30,512 nucleotides of DNA, from assembly GCA_003561825.1 (NCBI GenBank), contig PWVO01000017.1, positions 1 through 30,512 on the forward strand. The letters run 5' to 3'. Made by a program: the position numbers and the translations under genes. This DNA is from Candidatus Woesearchaeota archaeon. GTDB taxonomy: Archaea > Nanobdellota > Nanobdellia > Woesearchaeales > CG1-02-33-12. Position 1 is the stretch's first letter, and every line of letters begins with the position of its first letter. Below are positions 1-8,117 of the stretch, one piece after another. The notes below the pieces were generated by a model that saw only the letters and a program-made list of their open reading frames with translations, searched no databases and was not told the origin of the DNA.

Positions 1-2
1 AG

Positions 3-149
3 AACAAAGTGGGTGGGCTTCTTTCCACGGAAATGCGGGATATGGTTGCAAAGGCAAATGGTTTCGACACTATACCGCCGGAGGATTCTCTACCAATGCC
101 GCTGGTTGAAACCGACGACGACGACGAAACCGACGACGACGAAGCCTAA
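3..149 (+). CDS. 3' end of a CDS truncated by the window, with an acidic tail (…ETDDDDETDDDEA*)
   Basis: Open frame from position 3 to TAA at 147-149; Asp/Glu-rich tail typical of SSB or recombination proteins, but too little sequence to assign. Confidence 0.6.
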   Translation, partial: NKVGGLLSTEMRDMVAKANGFDTIPPEDSLPMPLVETDDDDETDDDEA

Positions 150-162
150 TCAATAGTTGAAA

Positions 163-199
163 GCGAAACGCCAGGTATGTTAAATGCCTGGCGTTTCGC
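163..199 (+). terminator. 16-bp stem hairpin after the upstream CDS (terminator or processing site)
   Basis: GCGAAACGCCAGGTAT-gttaa-ATGCCTGGCGTTTCGC; no strong U-tract. Confidence 0.55.
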
Positions 200-276
200 G
201 CATTCTATGGGAAAGCGAAACCCGATGCGAAACCGAACACGCACAAAGACACCACGAACATGCACCTTACTAGTGA

Positions 277-560
277 AAGCTTGACCATTTTCGTCAAGTT
301 GACGCCAGGCTAATCAAGCTTGGAAACCCGTTTCGACGGCGACGATGAGAGTATAGGAATTCTAATCCGCATATGTATTCCATTGTCGTCGTCGATCTAA
401 CAACCTGGCGCAAGGCACATGAAAGCTTGCAAATGATGAGAGTCGCGCAAGCTTGCACATTTACAACGTGTTGAAGCCAAGCGGATCTGGCCCTCGACAC
501 CAAAGATCTCCATCGTCGCGGAATGCCCGTGTGGGTAGCCGGGATGAGAAACACACGGGA
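277..560 (+). ncRNA. Candidate structured non-coding RNA
   Basis: Nested stems with G-U pairs: 333-347/381-395 (15 bp), 303-309/404-410, 423-430/447-454; no convincing + strand ORF. Confidence 0.35.
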
Positions 561-568
561 GGATGAAA

Positions 569-871
569 ATGCCAAAGAACAACAAGCTCAATGATCTGAT
601 CAAGTCCGACGAGCTTTCGTCCGTACACGTAATCGGGCCGCTAAGATCAGAGGCGGCGGGCCTGATTAACTATTGGGGAGAGTTTAACGGCGGAAGGGTC
701 GCCCAACAGGGAATTCTCCTCTTCCACTTTGCAGCGTTGGTAGAAGTGGAAGCCGTGGGTATTGATGAACTCCACGGCAACGCTGTAATGGTCAATCGCT
801 TCTACGATTTGACTCTGGAAACCGAAGGCAAGTTTGCAGCCGACCGCTATCTTAACCAGCCGTATCTGTAA
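569..871 (+). CDS. Hypothetical protein
   Basis: GGAGG at 558-562, 6 nt before ATG 569. Confidence 0.7.
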   Translation: MPKNNKLNDLIKSDELSSVHVIGPLRSEAAGLINYWGEFNGGRVAQQGILLFHFAALVEVEAVGIDELHGNAVMVNRFYDLTLETEGKFAADRYLNQPYL

Positions 872-1189
872 GATAGTAGCATAACAATTCATCCACACGG
901 GCATTTCAGGGCGATGGAAGATATGAAACACCAAATGTAGAAAGTTGTAGGGGGATGGAAAATTGGTGTGATGAGACAATAACTTTCCCTCACCCTAAAC
1001 ATCAATTCCCTTCCTCATCCTACCATACCTTTACATCTTTACGCCAATCTTACAGCCCACGAAGGAGGTACATCAACAATAGGAACGAAGGAAACAACAA
1101 AAGTCTCTTATCTCAATCTATCACATCCAGCCGGTCAAAAATCAAGAGATTTGGGGCTCATCCCCCCCCCGCCTACAGGAGGAAAAAGG

Positions 1190-1315
1190 ATGTCAATCAC
1201 ACACTATGTCGCAACAAAGAAGATTCTGGCCGCGATCTACCAGGAGAGAATCCCCGCGCACGTCAGACTTCTCTCTTGGGCAATCCGAATGTACTATCAG
1301 ACGCAAGGAGAATGA
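1190..1315 (+). CDS. Small hypothetical protein (41 aa, MSITHYVATKK…)
   Basis: AGGAGG upstream; stop abuts the next start; below the ORF-track cutoff. Confidence 0.55.
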   Translation: MSITHYVATKKILAAIYQERIPAHVRLLSWAIRMYYQTQGE

Positions 1316-1317
1316 TC

Positions 1318-1554
1318 ATGGGCAACATAAAGTCTGTACAGTTCTCTGACAAATTCAATTCGCCCAATCGACACTTCCCTAACAATGTCATCATTGACCA
1401 GGACACCGGCGAGATGAGATGCCATTGCGGGACATGGATGGAGAAGAACATCCAAGATTTCGGATCTTCTCTCCAGATCGCATGGGCCTGCTCCGCATGT
1501 ATGGCCCATTTCTCCCAGGATGTCTACCTTGGGAAGAACATCATCGCGAGCTAG
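1318..1554 (+). CDS. Small Cys-containing protein (CHC…CSAC, possible zinc ribbon)
   Basis: AAGGAG at 1305-1310 supports the start at 1318 rather than 955. Confidence 0.65.
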   Translation: MGNIKSVQFSDKFNSPNRHFPNNVIIDQDTGEMRCHCGTWMEKNIQDFGSSLQIAWACSACMAHFSQDVYLGKNIIAS

Positions 1555-1651
1555 ACTCCAGATCGAGCACATGACATCAATCGTCCACGGGTATCATGTG
1601 CTCCGTTGTGGAAGTTAGCCGCATGACAATCATTCTGGGAGGGATGAGATA

Positions 1652-2116
1652 ATGGAAGGGTATTACAAATACCGGGTTACATTCAGAAGGCACGTTGTCA
1701 TCGAAGGCGTGTCTTCTCATGAGTCCGTCGGCGGGTATCAGCTCTCGTCGGAGGATGCATACGACCACTTGGTTGAACAAGTCAGGCGGGCCAGGTTGAA
1801 CGGTGATGAGATCGTGGAAGTTTACATCTCCACCAACCTTATCACAAATCCGTTTCTTGAGGATGATTGTCTTCTCTATGAGGACAACTACGACACACCG
1901 ATCAGACTCTCCAATCTCTCATCTCGTACAAAGAATGCTCTATGCCGAGCTGGAATCACAACTTTAGAACAGCTTGCGTGTATGGGGCTCGTCGAGGTAT
2001 TAGAGATCCGCAACATCGGCATCCACACTCTACGAGAGATCAACAATGAATTCCATCTTTGGAACGGTCTGGACATCGACGTGATCGCAGAGCAACCATC
2101 ACTGCTCTATAGCTAA
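1652..2116 (+). CDS. Protein with a C-terminal RNA polymerase alpha-CTD-like domain
   Basis: LSSRTKNALCRAGITTLEQL…VLEIRNIGIHTLREI matches the alpha-CTD pattern LSxRxxNxLxxAGIxTxxxL…IRNxGxxxLxEI. Confidence 0.8.
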   Translation: MEGYYKYRVTFRRHVVIEGVSSHESVGGYQLSSEDAYDHLVEQVRRARLNGDEIVEVYISTNLITNPFLEDDCLLYEDNYDTPIRLSNLSSRTKNALCRAGITTLEQLACMGLVEVLEIRNIGIHTLREINNEFHLWNGLDIDVIAEQPSLLYS

Positions 2117-2127
2117 CAAGGAGATAA

Positions 2128-2212
2128 TAATGTAACACCCAAATAGAGCACACAACGGAAACAGCCCCCAATAGTCTCGGGTGTTGTGTGCTCACTTTTG
2201 GGAATTACATTA
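2128..2212 (+). other. Long interrupted intergenic hairpin containing an SD-ATG-TAA start-stop element
   Basis: Arms TAATGTAA/TTACATTA, CCCAAA/TTTGGG, GAGCACACAAC/GTTGTGTGCTC; AAGGAG then ATGTAA at 2130-2135. Confidence 0.6.
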
Positions 2213-2230
2213 AGAAAGGAGAGATGGTAT

Positions 2231-2593
2231 ATGCAAGAGTCTGAAGCCAAGGCCGCCGCCGAGATTCTCGCCGATCTGGGAACTGACGTGAGGACAGCCC
2301 GGATTTGTGGCCTCATCACAGAGAACGAACAAATCGCAATAGACAACCATCTCTGTGAGCACGCAGAAGCCTTGGATATCTCTGACATCCAAGACATCAT
2401 CAGCGAGGCCGTAAAAGCTACCGCCGATGAGGATTGGCAGTGGATGACAATCTTAGCAGGTGCGCTGTACAACCGCTGCTGTAGATCAACTGTCGGAGGA
2501 AAGCGCGCAGCAGATGGAGTATGGTCAAAGACCATGTACAAGATTGGCGAGAATCACCCCGGCCTTGTATATGATCTAGAAGCAGCACTATAA
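2231..2593 (+). CDS. Hypothetical protein
   Basis: AAGGAG at 2216-2221; ATG 2231 (MQESEAK…). Confidence 0.7.
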   Translation: MQESEAKAAAEILADLGTDVRTARICGLITENEQIAIDNHLCEHAEALDISDIQDIISEAVKATADEDWQWMTILAGALYNRCCRSTVGGKRAADGVWSKTMYKIGENHPGLVYDLEAAL

Positions 2594-2624
2594 GTCTGCA
2601 AAGCCCATTGGGAGGTGGGCAAGC

Positions 2625-2861
2625 ATGGATGAGAAACATATAAGAACTGTATACATCACATTTTACCCTGAGTCAGAGGTGCACATTAGCATCTCACGGC
2701 GATTCAGGGCCGGGAAGTATCGGATGAAACACTACTTCAGACAGCTCGATGATCCATCTGTGGATCGGGTTGCAGATGTCGCAAACTATAAGACCTTCCA
2801 CGAGGAAGGCAGAACAGCGCCTTATAAAGATGGCTGGAGCTTCTATGAGGATAGACCGTGA
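2625..2861 (+). CDS. Hypothetical protein
   Basis: GGAGG upstream; GTGA overlap with the next ORF. Confidence 0.65.
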   Translation: MDEKHIRTVYITFYPESEVHISISRRFRAGKYRMKHYFRQLDDPSVDRVADVANYKTFHEEGRTAPYKDGWSFYEDRP

Positions 2862-3211
2862 TGAAAATCTACAATCTGAAAGCACGAACAAATGATGGAC
2901 AGATTACTCGCATAGTAGTCACGGCGAACAATCTGTCCCAAGCCTATCTCATCGCAAACGAGATAGAGAACATAGAGTCTGTTCTAACACACAAATCAGA
3001 GAGAGAGGGCAAGCAGTTTCAGGTTCAAACAAACCACCCCCGCGCCCTCATCTCAGCGGTGCGGCGAGAATCGAACAGGCTTTTTGATGAAGCAGAACGC
3101 CTTACGCTGGCATGCGGAGAGTCACATGTTATCGAAGACATGCATGCAAAAGCACAAGAACTGAACGAGATTGCCGAAGATCTCGTCAGGCAGGGAGGCC
3201 TCAATGTATGA
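2858..3211 (+). CDS. Hypothetical protein
   Basis: Translationally coupled ORF, helical C-terminus. Confidence 0.65.
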   Translation: MMKIYNLKARTNDGQITRIVVTANNLSQAYLIANEIENIESVLTHKSEREGKQFQVQTNHPRALISAVRRESNRLFDEAERLTLACGESHVIEDMHAKAQELNEIAEDLVRQGGLNV

Positions 3212-3548
3212 ACGGATGCGAGTCAGGAAGGATGCAATTCGACCATTACTCAACGTATCTTTTCCTGATTACAAAGGAAGGACATATCACGTCATTTTCA
3301 CAGATAGCGTGACAATCTCCAACACGTACTGGAGCGGAGGCACACGCTCATGGTGGGTCGCTATCCAGATGGAGGGCGGTAACACATCACGAGTCCCTAG
3401 TCTCGCACCGTGGGATAATCCCATAGAAGGAGAGAGGATCGAACTTGACGAGAACACTGTTATCGCAGAACACTCGCACTTCTGTGGAAAAGATATGGGC
3501 ATCACGTTTTATGCTCATCCTTCACGGAAGAAACTGTTAACATCCTAG
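3204..3548 (+). CDS. Hypothetical protein
   Basis: GGAGG 5 nt before ATG 3204 (MYERMRV…). Confidence 0.7.
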   Translation: MYERMRVRKDAIRPLLNVSFPDYKGRTYHVIFTDSVTISNTYWSGGTRSWWVAIQMEGGNTSRVPSLAPWDNPIEGERIELDENTVIAEHSHFCGKDMGITFYAHPSRKKLLTS

Positions 3549-3606
3549 TTGTCAGGCGTCGGGATGCTCAGCTATAGATCCAGGTTGAGCATCCCCCGCC
3601 TGCCAA
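3549..3606 (+). other. Interrupted intergenic hairpin
   Basis: CAGGCG/CGCCTG outer stem and GGGATGCTCAGC/GTTGAGCATCCC inner stem. Confidence 0.6.
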
Positions 3607-3641
3607 TCAGGGCAGGACTACATCGACATGGGAGGTTGATG

Positions 3642-3887
3642 ATGGAAAAAAATGAGTTTTGGCCTACGTACTTCTGGATGGTAAGGTTCTATCCCTACCA
3701 CCAGGATGAGAGTGGTCGGAAGTATAAGGAGATTTCTGGGTACTGCAATAGCGCATCTGGCGCGTTATCCAAAGTTTCCGAATACTCAGATCCAAACTGC
3801 ACATCCGAGGTTGGTATTCAGAAGCAATGGTTCAGCAGTCAGGACTTGCCGCTTCTGAATTGGACGAGGCGCTCATTCACGCGCTGA
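3642..3887 (+). CDS. Hypothetical protein
   Basis: GGAGG at 3631-3635; ATG 3642. Confidence 0.65.
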   Translation: MEKNEFWPTYFWMVRFYPYHQDESGRKYKEISGYCNSASGALSKVSEYSDPNCTSEVGIQKQWFSSQDLPLLNWTRRSFTR

Positions 3888-3902
3888 TCTCAGGAGGGAA
3901 AG

Positions 3903-4085
3903 ATGTATGAGGTTTGGTTCGCAGAAACACTAGAGGACAAAGAGTCCGTCGAGCTGGTTGAGAAGGTGGATGAGTTTAATTCTCGTGTCCTAGCAGAGTG
4001 TTTCGTGGAAGAGCGCTCTGCAAGAATCCCGCGTGACTGCTCGTTGGAAATAGTCAGCGACCAGGGGATGATCCTCGCAATGTAA
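3903..4085 (+). CDS. Hypothetical protein
   Basis: AGGAGG SD. Confidence 0.65.
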   Translation: MYEVWFAETLEDKESVELVEKVDEFNSRVLAECFVEERSARIPRDCSLEIVSDQGMILAM

Positions 4086-4134
4086 CAGATAGCCCGGTAA
4101 GCATCTTTGAACCGAGATGCTCCGGGCTATCTGT
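4085..4134 (+). other. Interrupted intergenic hairpin
   Basis: ACAGATAGCCCGG/CCGGGCTATCTGT (13 bp) plus AGCATCT/AGATGCT (7 bp). Confidence 0.65.
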
Positions 4135-4166
4135 CATTACGTCAGACACATTTACCAGGAGGGAAA

Positions 4167-4448
4167 ATGCAGAACGAAACACAGACACAGGAAGAGATCG
4201 TAGTCAGCCTCGACGCACTCGAGGAAATGATCGATGCACACGAGAGCGTAGATGAACTCGTGGCATTTGAGAGCGCATCTGTAGCTTTCCTCAATGATGG
4301 TGCTGTAATTGCCATTGAGAGCTACGGGGGCCGTATCACGGTGCGGCAGTACAGTTGCCGCTATGATTACGTGAAGCGTGAGAGAGCTAAGCTGTATCAC
4401 GTAAAAGACTATCGTGAAGCCCTAGAGAAAGTCACTCAGATACTCTAG
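4167..4448 (+). CDS. Hypothetical protein
   Basis: AGGAGG SD; ATG 4167. Confidence 0.7.
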   Translation: MQNETQTQEEIVVSLDALEEMIDAHESVDELVAFESASVAFLNDGAVIAIESYGGRITVRQYSCRYDYVKRERAKLYHVKDYREALEKVTQIL

Positions 4449-4458
4449 GAGGAATGAG

Positions 4459-4638
4459 ATGTACGCGGAGGATTACTTTTACAGGAAGTTGGCAATGCTT
4501 CACGCAGAGAATGACAAGTTACGCGATGAAGTCTCTGAGTTGCGGCGGAGGCTGTCAGTAGAGAGTCTCGAAAGGGTGCTGTGCGAGCATGGCTACGAGC
4601 TGTCCATAAAGGAGACCGATGTTACCAGAGAACAATGA
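4459..4638 (+). CDS. Small coiled-coil protein (59 aa)
   Basis: AGGAGG SD; MYAEDYFYRKLAMLHAENDKLRDEVSELRRRL…. Confidence 0.6.
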   Translation: MYAEDYFYRKLAMLHAENDKLRDEVSELRRRLSVESLERVLCEHGYELSIKETDVTREQ

Positions 4639-4852
4639 GAAGTACGGACGGCTCATTCAGCGCTTTCCTCTAGATAACGGAGAAAAGACTTTCGCAGTCT
4701 CTGAGATCGAAAGCAGAGGAGAAGAGTGGCTGGACATCCGCTCGGTGTATTATAAGAATAACGAACCCAGATTCGGCAAAGGTGTCAGATTGCCTATGAG
4801 CATGGCAGAAGATCTTGCCATGATAATAACAGCACTATCACAAGAGGAGTAA
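4619..4852 (+). CDS. PC4/YdbC-like ssDNA-binding protein
   Basis: VSE…WLDIRSVYY…FGKGVRLP matches the PC4 (Sub1) signature DIR-x-Y…KG-I/V-x-L. Confidence 0.75.
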   Translation: MLPENNEKYGRLIQRFPLDNGEKTFAVSEIESRGEEWLDIRSVYYKNNEPRFGKGVRLPMSMAEDLAMIITALSQEE

Positions 4853-4857
4853 TTACA

Positions 4858-4995
4858 ATGAAGGGCGAATGGATGCTGACTGCGATTCTCATCGTATTTG
4901 TTCTGTCGGTGTCTTTCTGTTCCGCACAATGGGAACAGATCATAGATGTCGCAGATGCAGCCCCGCCTCTGATCGCAGTTGAGTGGGGGCAATAG
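4858..4995 (+). CDS. Small membrane or secreted protein (45 aa)
   Basis: GAGGAG SD; hydrophobic MLTAILIVFVLSVSF. Confidence 0.5.
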   Translation: MKGEWMLTAILIVFVLSVSFCSAQWEQIIDVADAAPPLIAVEWGQ

Positions 4996-4996
4996 A

Positions 4997-5377
4997 ATGA
5001 TCAGCATGAGAAGCAAGAACCGAATCAGGAACATGCTCAAGATGCAGAATGACGGAGAGATTGGAGCATTGGATGTACTCCATGATCTTCCCGTCTTGCT
5101 AGACATCATGGCAAGCGAGGACGGGAATGATCAACAGATGCTCAACCATCTTGCTCGAATCATAGATCAAACACACCATCAAATCGAGGGTCATATCAGC
5201 TCTTTAGAAAACGGAGTTGAAAATCTGGAACAGAGGCTGAAGACTTCTGACAAGTTGCTGTCCGTGTACAGGGGTATCGACAAGATCCAGACGAACGAGA
5301 TACTCAGAATGCGCGGAGAGAACGAGTATCTTATCAAAGCCATCCAAGATCTGGAAGAGTACCTCAAGGCTGCATAG
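4997..5377 (+). CDS. Coiled-coil hypothetical protein
   Basis: ORF with heptad-like helix. Confidence 0.65.
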   Translation: MISMRSKNRIRNMLKMQNDGEIGALDVLHDLPVLLDIMASEDGNDQQMLNHLARIIDQTHHQIEGHISSLENGVENLEQRLKTSDKLLSVYRGIDKIQTNEILRMRGENEYLIKAIQDLEEYLKAA

Positions 5378-5389
5378 TCCACAATTATG

Positions 5390-5422
5390 TGAGATGGTGG
5401 GATTCACACCCCCACCATCTCA
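5390..5422 (+). other. 12-bp perfect hairpin
   Basis: TGAGATGGTGGG-attcacacc-CCCACCATCTCA. Confidence 0.65.
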
Positions 5423-5444
5423 TTTAACACAAAGGAGAATTCAG

Positions 5445-5942
5445 ATGAATACTACAGATCGAGAAGCACTAAGACAGCTCTCCGAGAAGTTGACGAACAG
5501 GGAGATAGATCCAATAGCAAGTCTCATGGATCTAAGGAACATCATCAGATCCTGTGTGCGAGAGCAACGGGGCATGGTGCTCGCGTATGCGGATGAGCTT
5601 CTGACCAATGCTGTTTTTAGGCTTTCTGAAGACAGGAAAGACGAACAATCACAATCCCTGATTAGTTATCTGAAAGAACAAAACCTCAGACAGAATGAGG
5701 CTTTGAATGAGAGCAGCGACAGGATAGCGGGATTGGTGCAAGACATCGCCGACAGGGATCTAGCAATAAAGTCTCTCAATAAGCAGTGTGACCAGCTAGC
5801 ATATAAGCTAGATCAAGCTGAAGCTGAGAGAGACAGACTTGCTAGTGACTATGATCGAGAACTCAGATTGGGAAATGGATATAGAAAGATTTGTACGCTT
5901 CTCACCAACCAGCTTGCAGTAGAGATTGGCGGTGTGGAATGA
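5445..5942 (+). CDS. Coiled-coil hypothetical protein
   Basis: AAGGAG SD; ATG 5445. Confidence 0.7.
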   Translation: MNTTDREALRQLSEKLTNREIDPIASLMDLRNIIRSCVREQRGMVLAYADELLTNAVFRLSEDRKDEQSQSLISYLKEQNLRQNEALNESSDRIAGLVQDIADRDLAIKSLNKQCDQLAYKLDQAEAERDRLASDYDRELRLGNGYRKICTLLTNQLAVEIGGVE

Positions 5943-6304
5943 AACATTTAGAGGATTGCGTAGCAAGAACAAAGAAGTACGAGATGGCCATTGCAGAGTT
6001 CGAAGAGAGGTGGCCAGATTATTGTAGAGACTGTGGAGCAATCGGTGCAGTACACTACACAGAAAACATGTCACCACATGGATCTGGAAGATATTGGCCG
6101 ATGGAAATGCAAGATGTTTGCGAGTCCTGCTTAGGATCATGTCCAAGATGCGCTCATGAATTCGGTGAAGATGAACACATGGCCTTCGTCGAGGAAATGA
6201 TGGACTGCCCGAAATGTGGATGGCAGTGGGGTGAGAATCAAGGAGATGAAGCCCCGTATCCACCAGTGTGCTTATGTTATCTGAGTAGAGATATACGTAT
6301 GTAG
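5939..6304 (+). CDS. Cys-rich zinc-binding protein
   Basis: ATGA overlap; CRDCG, CESC, CPRC, CPKCG. Confidence 0.7.
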   Translation: MKHLEDCVARTKKYEMAIAEFEERWPDYCRDCGAIGAVHYTENMSPHGSGRYWPMEMQDVCESCLGSCPRCAHEFGEDEHMAFVEEMMDCPKCGWQWGENQGDEAPYPPVCLCYLSRDIRM

Positions 6305-6309
6305 AGAAC

Positions 6310-6348
6310 GTAAGATGGTATAGATAATGTATCACTATGCCATCTTAC
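6310..6348 (+). terminator. 14-bp hairpin with a T-rich tail (probable terminator)
   Basis: GTAAGATGGTATAG/CTATGCCATCTTAC followed by AACTTTCTGTTT. Confidence 0.55.
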
Positions 6349-6481
6349 AACTTTCTGTTTCACTAGACTCCAGGGCGTGATGGGTTATACAGATTTGGAT
6401 GCCTATGCCATCTTTGTATCTGACCTCCCATATAGCACATCATGCCTTGGAGTGTGGTGAAACATAATAGTGAAAGGGGAA

Positions 6482-6676
6482 ATGATGGACAAAAACAGTG
6501 TGGTCATCGGTGAAGTAATAGATGAGAATGGGAGTCTGAAACTGTTAACTTCAAATCCTCAAGATAAAGAAGAATTCTGCTGGGTGTTCAGATTTTACGG
6601 TCCATGTGCATGTGATGCTTGCATGCACGATGGAACAGATGAATGTCCAGAAATATTCCTAGTAGAAGGAGAGTGA
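6482..6676 (+). CDS. Hypothetical protein, Cys-rich C-terminus
   Basis: AAGGGG SD; CACDAC. Confidence 0.6.
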   Translation: MMDKNSVVIGEVIDENGSLKLLTSNPQDKEEFCWVFRFYGPCACDACMHDGTDECPEIFLVEGE

Positions 6677-6774
6677 CATGGAGTTTGTACCTTGCATCAG
6701 CATGATATTTATTGCAGCATCTGCTTATGTTGCGGTATGTATCATCAAGAAGCAATACGTATAAGGAGATTAAA

Positions 6775-7221
6775 ATGGCAGCTCATGGATTTACAATTCT
6801 AACTCAGGTTGTTCCAAGATTATCTCTCGCACTTCCATCTCAGGATAAAGAAGAGATCGAAGACGTAATGGATTATTTCCAGAGAGCTTTAGATGCACCT
6901 GGCATGGGGACAGTTCCTTATACGTTTTGGAGTGATATGAACAATTCAGAGAGTATAGATGATGCATACCAGTCATCTGTGCGAGCGCTAGAGAATCAGT
7001 GTGCTCGCATGCAGGAGCTGTGCTATCCTGCAACGCTTGAAGAATGGGAGAAAGCTGAATTGGAAGAAATGCTCGAGGATGACACCCCCGCCACTAGCTC
7101 ATTTTCATGTGGTAGATGTGGTGAGGCGCTAAATCCTATAGCAGCTATGATGGGAGATGTATGTGGGTCTTGTGTTCGGAAAGCTCACAGAGAAGTCATA
7201 GGAGGACAATGTGATCACTGA
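6775..7221 (+). CDS. Hypothetical protein with a C-terminal zinc finger
   Basis: AAGGAG SD; CGRCG…CGSC. Confidence 0.7.
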   Translation: MAAHGFTILTQVVPRLSLALPSQDKEEIEDVMDYFQRALDAPGMGTVPYTFWSDMNNSESIDDAYQSSVRALENQCARMQELCYPATLEEWEKAELEEMLEDDTPATSSFSCGRCGEALNPIAAMMGDVCGSCVRKAHREVIGGQCDH

Positions 7222-7405
7222 AGACAGAGAATTCAAAGAGATGGTGCGGGAGTCGGATGTTGCACACCTCGACAGTCGCGAGAATGAACATGTCGAAAAG
7301 GAGTTTTCTTGTCCATTCTGTTCTGAAACAAGGATGGATTATCTTGTATGGAGACATGACGACAGCTTGAAATGTACCGCATGTGGTACGGTATATAGAA
7401 TCTAA
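7211..7405 (+). CDS. Zinc-ribbon protein
   Basis: CPFC…CTACG; GGAGG SD. Confidence 0.7.
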   Translation: MITEDREFKEMVRESDVAHLDSRENEHVEKEFSCPFCSETRMDYLVWRHDDSLKCTACGTVYRI

Positions 7406-7410
7406 TCTCA

Positions 7411-7459
7411 GAGTTGGATGGGGATGGATCATATCCGGTTATTCATCCCCGTCTAGCTC
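7411..7459 (+). terminator. Long G-U-rich hairpin at the convergent gene junction
   Basis: GAGTTGGATGGGGATGGA / TTCATCCCCGTCTAGCTC; the G-U pairs favour the + strand RNA. Confidence 0.5.
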
Positions 7460-8035
7460 CCTGATGTCGCCATCTATAACTTCTGATACAGGATCAGATA
7501 ATACAGATGCAGCTACACCACGAGATGTGGAATGTGGTAATAGTTTTTGAACTTGATGTTTCAAGTCTTTCGAGAATGCTTCTCGGCTGTCAGTGTCGAG
7601 GTACTGCCGAGCAGTTTCTCCAACGGCTTGTAAAAGGAGACTGATAACATTCACATGGATATAAACATGCTTTCCGTGTCTGATTTCATTGAGGCGACCA
7701 GAAGAGTATGCTACTGCTCTGAGCATTTTGGTAAGAAGCTCAAAGTCAACTTCTTCTTCAGATGCCGCCTCAAAGTACTTTACTTTGTAAGTTGCAAGCT
7801 CTTTGGTAAAGTCAAGAATCTCTTGGTCGTCTTCGAGCATCCTGACGACATAATCTCTCGTTCTTGCATCTACCATGTCTAACAGTGGAGGATAGCCTTG
7901 CTTCTGAATTCCTCCACTACGAGAATCATGATGGGTACAATATCCTTCGCCAGGATGAGTTGTGCCCCAACCTGCCGGCATCTTGCAAGGCCGGCCAGAT
8001 TTCGTCTTATAACCGCATTTCAGTTTATCATTCAT
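7439..8035 (-). CDS. Probable terminase small subunit-like protein (HGGxSTG-type zinc knuckle)
   Basis: CGYKTKSGRPCKMPAGWGTTHPGEGYCTHH resembles the N-termini of phage TerS-like proteins (CGAKT…C…GWGT.H.G.G.C..H); helical remainder. Confidence 0.55.
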   Translation of the reverse strand: MNDKLKCGYKTKSGRPCKMPAGWGTTHPGEGYCTHHDSRSGGIQKQGYPPLLDMVDARTRDYVVRMLEDDQEILDFTKELATYKVKYFEAASEEEVDFELLTKMLRAVAYSSGRLNEIRHGKHVYIHVNVISLLLQAVGETARQYLDTDSREAFSKDLKHQVQKLLPHSTSRGVAASVLSDPVSEVIDGDIRELDGDE

Positions 8036-8042
8036 AAACTCA

Positions 8043-8071
8043 ATCTTAGTATATGTAGTTTCTATTGTCAA
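8043..8071 (-). promoter_or_regulatory. Sigma70-type promoter for the inverted gene (likely leaderless)
   Basis: TTGACA (8071-8066), 17 bp, TAAGAT (8048-8043); predicted TSS about 8036-8035 coincides with the ATG. Confidence 0.65.
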
Positions 8072-8117
8072 GTATAATACAAAAATACTATACATAATCT
8101 ATGCAAAAAGGAGTAGT

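Noticed and set aside
527-559. Hammerhead ribozyme (GATGA…GAAAC)
   Set aside because: Lacks the CUGA core and stem II
955-1317. N-terminal extension of the 199-aa ORF
   Set aside because: Low-complexity S/R/P/N translation, and it overlaps a better SD-led ORF (1190-1315); the real start is probably 1318
8065-8098. Strong + strand promoter for 8118
   Set aside because: TATAAT at 8073 and TTGTCA at 8065 are present, but spacing to a matching partner hexamer is poor; plausible but unsupported
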